The notes under the pieces were generated by a model. That model did no database searches. It was not told the DNA's origin and saw only the letters and a program-made list of their open reading frames with translations. From assembly GCA_963621315.1 (NCBI GenBank), contig CAVFDV010000003.1:1-37673 (forward strand): 37,673 bases of DNA, read 5' to 3'. Position numbers and translations under genes: made by a program. Source of the stretch: Oscillibacter sp. MSJ-31 (lineage in GTDB: Bacteria > Actinomycetota > Coriobacteriia > Coriobacteriales > QAMH01). Shown here in pieces: positions 6,623 through 13,638 of this stretch (positions are counted from its first letter, which is position 1; every line of letters starts with the position of its first letter).

Positions 6623-6665
6623 GGCTGTGGGACTACAGGGTATCCGCCGCGCCGCAAGCCGAAGC

Positions 6666-6694
6666 TTGCTTTTCCCACATACAAGACATACTCT
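6666..6694 (+). promoter_or_regulatory. Candidate sigma-70-type promoter TTGCTT-N17-TACTCT for the ABC ATPase operon
   Basis: -35 at 6666-6671, exactly 17 nt of spacer, -10 at 6689-6694. About 120 nt upstream of ATG 6814. Confidence 0.4.
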
Positions 6695-6813
6695 CACATC
6701 CACTTGCCGCGCATAGGCTCCGGGGAAGCAGGCGGGAAAAGGCCTCGGGCGAAACGCAGGCGAAGATGCAGGTGAAAGCGCACGGCCGGGCACGTGGCGA
6801 AGGGAGGCGCAAG

Positions 6814-7722
6814 ATGCCGTCCATATCGTTTAGGGACGTGGGCTTCGTCTACGAAGACGGCGACGAGGCCTACCGCGCCCTCGAACACGTCGACCTCGAG
6901 ATAGGCGACGGCGAGCTCGTCTGCCTCGTGGGGCATTCGGGCTGCGGCAAATCCACCCTGCTCAGGCTGCTGGCAGGCCTTGCCGTGCCTACGGAGGGCA
7001 CGATCGAGATAGACGGGCGCCGGGTGCAAGGGCCAGGCCCGGACCGCTCGATCGTCTTCCAGAACTACTCGCTGTTCCCCTGGCAGACGGCGCTGAAAAA
7101 CGTCGAATTCGCCTTGCGTAAAACACATGGGGACATGCCCAAGGCCGAGGCGCGCGCAAAGGCGCTGGACTTGCTTGCGCAGGTGAAGATGGAAGAAGCG
7201 GCCAAGCGCTACCCCTTCCAGCTGTCCGGCGGGATGCGCCAGCGCGTGGCCATCGCGCGCGCCCTGGCGGTGGACGCCCCCGTCATGCTGCTCGACGAGC
7301 CCTTCGGCGCGCTCGACCCGCTCATCCGCGAGCAGCTCCAGACCCTGCTGCTCGAGTTGTGGGACGCGGGCGGAGGCGATGCCGGCAAAACCGGTGCCGC
7401 GGCTTCGGAAAACCGCAGCCTGGACGGTAAAGGCCCAAGCGGGGACGCGCCCGCCGGAGGGGGCGGCGGCAAGAGGCGGCGCACCATCGTCTTTGTCACG
7501 CACGACATCGACGAGGCCGTGCGCCTGGCCAGCCGCATCGTCTTCATGGAGCCCGGGCGCATCGTGGCCGGCTTCACCTTGGACCCGGCCCGCGACCGCA
7601 GCCCAGAAAAGCTCGCCGCCGACGAGGCGACCATGCAGGTGAAACGCGAGGTGCTGGCGCTGTTCGAGGCCAGCTCGCGACACGGCGGCGGCGACACGTA
7701 CACATCCGAGAAAGCGCGCTAG
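6814..7722 (+). CDS. ABC transporter ATP-binding protein (NitT/TauT-like NBD) with a low-complexity insert
   Basis: Walker A GHSGCGKST, Q-loop FQNYSLFPW, signature LSGGMRQR, Walker B VMLLDEPF and H-loop VFVTHD. ATG 6814 has GGGAGG upstream. No permease or binding-protein gene is adjacent. Confidence 0.9.
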   Translation: MPSISFRDVGFVYEDGDEAYRALEHVDLEIGDGELVCLVGHSGCGKSTLLRLLAGLAVPTEGTIEIDGRRVQGPGPDRSIVFQNYSLFPWQTALKNVEFALRKTHGDMPKAEARAKALDLLAQVKMEEAAKRYPFQLSGGMRQRVAIARALAVDAPVMLLDEPFGALDPLIREQLQTLLLELWDAGGGDAGKTGAAASENRSLDGKGPSGDAPAGGGGGKRRRTIVFVTHDIDEAVRLASRIVFMEPGRIVAGFTLDPARDRSPEKLAADEATMQVKREVLALFEASSRHGGGDTYTSEKAR

Positions 7723-7766
7723 GCGCCACGACAAGGGAACTACGGCAAGAGGAAGGGAGTTTCACC

Positions 7767-8507
7767 ATGTCGAGCGGTCTTGCGGTCTGCCTCGTATGCG
7801 GGCAGCCCCTCGAGTACTTCGAGACGGGCAAAGAGGTCGTCTGCCACATATGCGGCAAAGAGGAGGTCGGGCATTCCATCTGCATGGACGGGCACTACGT
7901 GTGCGACGCGTGCCACAGGAGCCAGGGCGTCGACTTCATCTTGGAGCGCTGCGCGGCGTCTGGCTCGAAAAACCCCATCGCCCTCGCGCAAGAACTGATG
8001 GCCGACAAGTCCATCTTCCCCAACGGCCCGGAGCACCATACCCTCGTGGGCGCGTCGCTTCTGTGCGCCTACCGCAACGCGGGCGGCGACATCGACCTGG
8101 ACGCGGCGCTGGCCGAGCTGCGCCGGCGCTCGTTGCAAGTGCCGGGCGGCACCTGCGGTTTCTGGGGCACCTGCGGGGCGGCCACGAGCGCCGGGCAATG
8201 GTGGTCGATTGTGGCGGGCTCGACGCCCATGACACGCGGGCCGTGGGCGCAAACGCAGCGCCTGACCTCGCGCATTCTGGGACGCCTCGCCGACATGGGA
8301 GGCCCGCGCTGCTGCAAGCGCACGGGCTTCACCGCCCTGCTCGAAGGCGCGGCCTTTGCAAAGGAGCTGCACGGCGTCGAGATGGAGCTGCCCGAAAAGA
8401 CGGTCTGCGCCTTTTTCACCCGCAACGCCGAGTGCCTGAAAGGCAAGTGCCCCTACTTTCCCGCCCGCTTGGCAAAAGATGGGAAACAGGCAGGGCTGCT
8501 AGAATGA
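7767..8507 (+). CDS. Cys-rich protein with an N-terminal zinc-ribbon; possibly DUF5714-like (recalled from memory, unverified)
   Basis: Starts CLVCG..(x16)..CHICG..C..GHYVCDACH. Later motifs are PEHHTLVGASLLCAYRN, GGTCGFWGTCGA and RCCKR. GGAAGGGAG lies 8 nt before ATG 7767. Confidence 0.6.
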   Translation: MSSGLAVCLVCGQPLEYFETGKEVVCHICGKEEVGHSICMDGHYVCDACHRSQGVDFILERCAASGSKNPIALAQELMADKSIFPNGPEHHTLVGASLLCAYRNAGGDIDLDAALAELRRRSLQVPGGTCGFWGTCGAATSAGQWWSIVAGSTPMTRGPWAQTQRLTSRILGRLADMGGPRCCKRTGFTALLEGAAFAKELHGVEMELPEKTVCAFFTRNAECLKGKCPYFPARLAKDGKQAGLLE

Positions 8508-8522
8508 GCGCGAACATGAGGC

Positions 8523-8539
8523 GGACGGCACTGCCGTCC
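8523..8539 (+). terminator. GC-rich hairpin without a U-tract, at the junction between the high-GC and low-GC genes
   Basis: GGACGGC-ACT-GCCGTCC (7-bp stem, 3-nt loop), followed by CGAAAAAAC rather than Ts. Confidence 0.3.
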
Positions 8540-8558
8540 CGAAAAAACAGGTGGCCAT

Positions 8559-9617
8559 ATGAACCTCAGCGACAATGCAGCCGAGCTAGCAGGCCGGCTG
8601 CAAGAGATTTGCGGCAGATACGACGGGCAGGAACCGCGCGCCTACAGCGAGGACATCACGCGCCTTGCCGAGACCATCGATTTAATCGGAAGCTCCGCCG
8701 AGGCCGATGCGCTTTTCCGCGAAATACTCCAATGCGACCAAGCGCCCGAGGAGATCCGCTACGCGACCCTCTATCTTGCCTCGGTGTTTCTCAGGCACCG
8801 CGGCGCAATGGACGAACTCGGAAAGCTTTTCGAGGATTTCGGCAGCACGTATCGGGCTCACCCGACTTACCAGCTGATCAACCTCACCTTCCGGGAGGCA
8901 AAAGGCCTTTCAGACCAAACGGAAGCGGCCGCTTACGCCTATCAAGCGCAAGAGCTCGCCAAGCGCAACCCAGACGATGCCGGCGTGCTGCACCTCTATG
9001 CCATCATCGCTTGCGATTGGCAAGAACAGGTGCTCTACTCCGATGAGCTGCTCGACGAAGACGCCATCGATTCAGCGCTCGAAGCCGTGAAGCGGGCGCT
9101 GTCCCTAAGTCCCGGATATGCAAAATTCTACGCCACGAGAGCGCGCCTACACATGCTCAAAGGCGAATGGTCGGCAGCACGGACCGACCTGGGCAACGCC
9201 ATCAAATACGAGAGAAGAGACAACTCCTCCTATGTTGTCAACGTCTCGAACTACCAGTATCTCAAGACCAAGGTCTTGCTCGAGGAAAACAGGCGGCGCG
9301 TCGAGAAAAACGCCGACAGCATCAACGATGAACTCGAGAAGAAGTTGCGCAAAATGGAGGACAGCACCGTCAGCACCATCGAGATGATCAGTTTTTTCGC
9401 AGGAGTGATCAGCCTCGTTGCCTGCAGCGTCTCAATCCTCTCGGGCCAGCCCTTCAACGAGGCCGCGCGCCTCATCATCGTGTTGATGGGCGCTTTGCTC
9501 GAGGCCTTTTCCGCGTTTTCCCTGCTCCTCACCCGGCGCAAGGTCGAGATGCGGCACGTTGTCGTCATTGCTTTGGGGGCCTGCGCCATCGTGGGCGCCC
9601 TTGTGCTGGGAAGGTGA
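8559..9617 (+). CDS. TPR-like / coiled-coil protein with three C-terminal transmembrane helices
   Basis: 352 aa. The first ~230 aa are helical-repeat-like (..AVKRALSLSPGYAKFYATRARLHMLKGEWSAARTDLGNAI..). Then a charged coiled coil (EENRRRVEKNADSINDELEKKLRKMED). Three hydrophobic helices follow (about aa 275-295, 303-324, 333-351). AGGTGG precedes ATG 8559. Confidence 0.7.
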   Translation: MNLSDNAAELAGRLQEICGRYDGQEPRAYSEDITRLAETIDLIGSSAEADALFREILQCDQAPEEIRYATLYLASVFLRHRGAMDELGKLFEDFGSTYRAHPTYQLINLTFREAKGLSDQTEAAAYAYQAQELAKRNPDDAGVLHLYAIIACDWQEQVLYSDELLDEDAIDSALEAVKRALSLSPGYAKFYATRARLHMLKGEWSAARTDLGNAIKYERRDNSSYVVNVSNYQYLKTKVLLEENRRRVEKNADSINDELEKKLRKMEDSTVSTIEMISFFAGVISLVACSVSILSGQPFNEAARLIIVLMGALLEAFSAFSLLLTRRKVEMRHVVVIALGACAIVGALVLGR

Positions 9618-9621
9618 GGGC

Positions 9622-10656
9622 ATGTTCTCTTTCACCGACAGAGGCGCCAGGGTAAACGAGGATTTCGCCCGTACGGGGACAGGACAAGACGGCGCTCCTT
9701 TCGGCGTGCTCCTCGACGGGGCAAGCGATTTATGCGGATTCAAGCTCTTCTCCGATATTTGGGGATCTGATGCGCGTTGGCTCTCGCACACTACGGGCAA
9801 TGCCGCCTGCGCCGAATTGGAGCGGGGCGCATCAATCGAGGACGCGCTCGAGGCCGGCGTAAGCACGGCGCGGCGCGAACTGGAGGAGCGGACCGGACAA
9901 AAAATCGACGACATCGAACCCGATGCCATCCCTTCTGCCACTGTTGCGGTTGCGCGAGCCTTGCCGGCGGTTGTCGAGCTTGCCTGGCTGGGCGACTCCC
10001 CCCTCGTCGTCAAGTTTGCAGATAGCGGACGCGCCGATGCATTCGTCGACAGCCTCAGAGCCGATGCGAAAGAACAGGCCACGCGCACCCATGCAACCGT
10101 AGTCGTGCTTTCCTCGAACGACCTTGCCGCCCTTGACGCGCAGTCCAAGCAGGCCATGGTTGAGAGAAGCCGCGGCCAAAACATGTCGGGAGCGGAGAAG
10201 CGCGAGGCGATTTCTGACATCCTCAAGAAAAACAGGCAGATGATCAACAAGCCGGGCGGTTATTGGAACCTCGACCCCACAGGCAAAGGCCTGCCCCATT
10301 TGAACAAGGTCACAGTCGCGCCTGAGGACATCGAGGCGATAGCCGCTTTTTCCGATGGCTTCTATGCGGCGTTCGAGACGTACAAGATAACGGAACTGGA
10401 CGCCTTTCTCGCGTCGGCAACCGAAGCAGACAGCGCGGGCAAAGCCGACGCAAGACATTGCGCAAGCGAGGCAGGCTGCACAAACCCAATGGGCGAGACA
10501 TGCGCCACGGCGTTACTCGAGCAAATCCGGGCCGTTGAAGGCGCCGACCCCGATTTCAACCGTTTCACACGCTTCAAAATCAGCGACGACGCCTCCATGT
10601 TCCTGCTTTCCCGCGCAGATATCGACCGGGGTGCCGCGAGCCGACAAGTTTCCTGA
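9622..10656 (+). CDS. PP2C-family (PP2C_2-like) phosphatase domain protein
   Basis: Ordered motifs VNED, LLDGASD, WLGDSP, FSDGF and ISDDAS match the metal-binding Asp motifs of PP2C-type phosphatases. ATG 9622 lies 4 nt after the upstream TGA. Confidence 0.6.
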   Translation: MFSFTDRGARVNEDFARTGTGQDGAPFGVLLDGASDLCGFKLFSDIWGSDARWLSHTTGNAACAELERGASIEDALEAGVSTARRELEERTGQKIDDIEPDAIPSATVAVARALPAVVELAWLGDSPLVVKFADSGRADAFVDSLRADAKEQATRTHATVVVLSSNDLAALDAQSKQAMVERSRGQNMSGAEKREAISDILKKNRQMINKPGGYWNLDPTGKGLPHLNKVTVAPEDIEAIAAFSDGFYAAFETYKITELDAFLASATEADSAGKADARHCASEAGCTNPMGETCATALLEQIRAVEGADPDFNRFTRFKISDDASMFLLSRADIDRGAASRQVS

Positions 10657-10789
10657 GGCCCGCACGACGGGCGCAGCGCATCGCCGGCCGTCGGAGAAAG
10701 ACCCGGGCAGCGAAATCCAAACTTGGAAGACCTGCGCGCCCCTAGAAGCTGCGGGGTGCCGAGCCGGCGCGCAAGCCCGGGCCTGCCTT

Positions 10790-12178
10790 CTAGCCTATGC
10801 CCAGGTAGGGCAAGAGGTTCGTGACGAGGATGATCAACACGAGCACGGGCGCCACGTACTTGATCATGAACGCCCACGCGCCGGCCGCCCCGAAGGTCGA
10901 GGACTGGCGGATCTCGTCGATGATGGCCTTCGGCTTGATGATGAAGCCGACGAAGATGCACGTGCAGATGGCCACGATAGGCATGAGCACCGAGTTCGAG
11001 ATGAAGTCGAAGAAGTCGAGCAACGTCGAGCCTTCGCCCAGCGGCTGGATGAACGAAAGGCCGCTGTAGCCCGCGTTGATCACGATGCCGCAGACCACGA
11101 GAAACGCCGTGAAGACGCCGAGCGACTTCTTGCGCGACCAGCTCGTCGCGTCCTGGATGTTGGAGACGCATGCCTCGGTCAGGCTGATCGCGCTGGTCAG
11201 GGCCGCGAAGAGCACGAGCAAGAAGAAGACGAAGCCCACGATCTGGCCCGCAAAGCCCATGTCGGAGAAGACCTGCGGCAAGGTGACGAACATGAGCGAC
11301 GGGCCTGCCTTGGCCGCCACCGCATCAGCCGAGCCCAGCGCGATGAAGGCGCCCGGCACGATCATGATGCCCGCGAGGAAGCTGACGATGAAGTCGAAGC
11401 TGACGATGCGCGCGGCGCTCGTGGGCAGGTTGTCCTTTTTATCCACGTACGAGCCGTAGGTGATCATGATGGCCATGGCCAGCGAGAGGCTGTAGAACAT
11501 CTGCCCCAGCGCGTTGATGACCAGCTCCGGGCTGAACTTCGAGAAGTCGGGGAGGAGATAGTAGGCCACGCCGTCCATCGCGCCCGGCTGCACGACGGTG
11601 AAGATGGCGATGGCGAGCGCCATGACGATGAGGGCGGGCATCATCACGAAGTTGGCCTTCTCGATGCCGTTTTTCACCCCGAGGGCCACGACGCCGACGG
11701 TGATGGCCATGAAGACGAGCATGAAGACCTGGCTGGCCACGGGCGAGGTGATGAAGCCGGTGAAGAAGGTGCCGGCCTCGCCGCCCACGTCCGCAATGCT
11801 GGCCGCCGAGTTCGTGACGTAGGCCGTCAGGTACTTCGTGACCCAGCCGCCGATGATGCAATAGTACGGCGTGATAATGAAGGGCACGGCCACCGCCAGA
11901 AAGCCGATGGGCGCATAGCGTTTGCCGTAGGAGCGAAACGCGCTGAAGACCGACAGGCGCGTCTTGCGCCCGAAGGCGATCTCGAGCAGAAGCAGGCTCA
12001 GGCCGAAGGTGAAGACGAGCACGAAGTAGGTGAGCAGGAAGGTGCCGCCGCCGTACTTCGCCGCCAGATAGGGAAAGCGCCAGAGGTTGCCCAGCCCGAC
12101 CGCCGATGCGGCAGCCGAGAGGATGAAGGCCCACTTGCCGGACCATTTCGCGCGCTGCGGTGCTTCTTGTGTTGCCAT
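10790..12178 (-). CDS. Sodium-dependent transporter, SNF (neurotransmitter:sodium symporter) family
   Basis: Motif SAAASAVGLGNLWRFPYLAAKYGGGTFLL and about 11-12 hydrophobic segments. GAGGAG lies 7 nt before ATG 12178. Confidence 0.92.
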   Translation of the reverse strand: MATQEAPQRAKWSGKWAFILSAAASAVGLGNLWRFPYLAAKYGGGTFLLTYFVLVFTFGLSLLLLEIAFGRKTRLSVFSAFRSYGKRYAPIGFLAVAVPFIITPYYCIIGGWVTKYLTAYVTNSAASIADVGGEAGTFFTGFITSPVASQVFMLVFMAITVGVVALGVKNGIEKANFVMMPALIVMALAIAIFTVVQPGAMDGVAYYLLPDFSKFSPELVINALGQMFYSLSLAMAIMITYGSYVDKKDNLPTSAARIVSFDFIVSFLAGIMIVPGAFIALGSADAVAAKAGPSLMFVTLPQVFSDMGFAGQIVGFVFFLLVLFAALTSAISLTEACVSNIQDATSWSRKKSLGVFTAFLVVCGIVINAGYSGLSFIQPLGEGSTLLDFFDFISNSVLMPIVAICTCIFVGFIIKPKAIIDEIRQSSTFGAAGAWAFMIKYVAPVLVLIILVTNLLPYLGIG

Positions 12179-12272
12179 CTTGGTTCTCCTCGTGCCCCTC
12201 GCGGACGCGCCCGCCCATGCGGATGCGCCGCAACTGTCGTGTGTGCGAATTGCCGAGAATACTAGCGCTAGG

Positions 12273-13616
12273 TTACGCGCCGATTTCCGAAGCGATGGTT
12301 TCCGCCACGCGAGCGGCGGTTTTTTCGGCCTTTCCCTGGGTTTGCGCCTCGACCATCACGCGGATGAGGGGCTCGGTGCCGCTCGGGCGCACGAGCAGCC
12401 TGCCCGCATCGCCGAGCGCCGCGGCCGCCTCGGACTCGGCAGCGGCGATGGCCTCGTTGCCCGCGTAGAGCGCCTTGTCGCGCACGCGCACGTTCACGAG
12501 CGCCTGGGGGAGCTTTTCCATCACGCCCATCAGCTCGGCCAGCGGTTTTCCGGTGCGCGCCATGACGGCGAGCAGGCGGCAGGCCGTGACAAGCCCGTCG
12601 CCTGTGGTGTTGTGCTCCAAAAAGACGATGTGGCCGGATTGCTCGCCGCCCAGGGCCGCGCCGCGCGCGCGCATGCACTCGAGCACGTAGCGGTCGCCCA
12701 CCTGCGTCGAAGCGACCTCGATGCCGCGCTCGCGCATGGCCCGGGTGAAGCCGAGGTTGGCCATGACGGTGCCGACGACGAGGTTTTCGGGCAGGCAGCC
12801 CCGCTCGGCCATGTCGCGCGCGCATATGGCGATGATGAAGTCACCGTCTGCCACCGCGGCGCCGGGCGCCACGGCCAGCAGGCGGTCGGCGTCGCCGTCG
12901 TGGGCGAGCGCGACGTCGGCGCCGCGTGCCTCGAGCAGCTCCGTGATGGGCGCAAGATGCGTCGATCCGCAGCCGACGTTGATCTGCGCGCCGTCCGGGT
13001 CGTCGTTGATGGCGACGACCTCGGCGCCGAGGGCGCGCAAGGCCGCAGGCGTCGTCGCGCACGAGGCGCCGTGCCCGCAGTCGAGCGCCACCTTCAACCC
13101 GGAGAAATCGACGCCCAGGGCGCGCACCGCCTCGACGGCGTGGTCGATGTAGCGTTGCGCCGCGCCTTCCAGCACGGGCACAGACCCGCCGGGCGCCACC
13201 TCGTCGCCGCGCAATTGCTCGACGATCTCCTGCATCTTGTCCTCCACCTCGTCGGGCAGCTTGAAGCCGGAGGCGTCGAAGAACTTGATGCCGTTGTACT
13301 CGGGCGGGTTGTGGCTGGCCGAGATGACGACGCCGCAATCGTAGAGGCCCTCGCGCGCGAGCAAGGCGACGGCCGGCGTGGGCACGACACCCGCCGTCTC
13401 GCATCTACCGCCCTCGGCGCGCACGCCGTCGGCTATGGCCTGCTCGAGCATGGGGCCGGAGACGCGCGTGTCGCGTCCGACCAGCACATGCGGGCCGAGC
13501 ACGCGCACCGCGGCGCGGCCCAAGGCGACGGCCAGGCTGCAGTCGAGCTCTTCGCCCTCCCCCGCGACGCCGCGCACCCCGTCGGTTCCAAACAAACGAC
13601 TCATCTCGTCTCCCAT
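12273..13616 (-). CDS. glmM: Phosphoglucosamine mutase
   Basis: Motifs LFGTDGVRG, the phosphoserine loop ISASHNPPEYNGIKFF, AHDGDADR and GGEQSGH. Confidence 0.95.
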   Translation of the reverse strand: MGDEMSRLFGTDGVRGVAGEGEELDCSLAVALGRAAVRVLGPHVLVGRDTRVSGPMLEQAIADGVRAEGGRCETAGVVPTPAVALLAREGLYDCGVVISASHNPPEYNGIKFFDASGFKLPDEVEDKMQEIVEQLRGDEVAPGGSVPVLEGAAQRYIDHAVEAVRALGVDFSGLKVALDCGHGASCATTPAALRALGAEVVAINDDPDGAQINVGCGSTHLAPITELLEARGADVALAHDGDADRLLAVAPGAAVADGDFIIAICARDMAERGCLPENLVVGTVMANLGFTRAMRERGIEVASTQVGDRYVLECMRARGAALGGEQSGHIVFLEHNTTGDGLVTACRLLAVMARTGKPLAELMGVMEKLPQALVNVRVRDKALYAGNEAIAAAESEAAAALGDAGRLLVRPSGTEPLIRVMVEAQTQGKAEKTAARVAETIASEIGA

Positions 13617-13638
13617 CTTCCTTCTCCCCGCGCCGCTT

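Noticed and set aside
6434-6793. N-terminal extension of the usp ORF containing HPHPHPHPHPHP
   Set aside because: The His-Pro run is simply the translated (GTGCGG)8 microsatellite. A strong SD plus ATG at 6433 gives a canonical 137-aa USP.
6814-7722. The ABC ATPase as a defence-type ABC/OLD ATPase (PARIS, Septu or Gabija-like)
   Set aside because: It has the complete transporter-NBD motif set, including the LSGG signature and a NitT/TauT-like sequence. It has no coiled-coil insertion or nuclease partner.
9622-10656. The PP2C-like gene as part of a TerY-P (vWA + PP2C + kinase) defence triad or an Stk/Stp pair
   Set aside because: There is no vWA/TerY gene, no Ser/Thr kinase and no FHA gene within the window. 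Only the TPR/3TM gene is linked.
10657-10789. A bidirectional terminator between the convergent PP2C-like and SNF genes
   Set aside because: Only short GC palindromes without loops or U-tracts (for example GCCCGGGC). No convincing hairpin was found.
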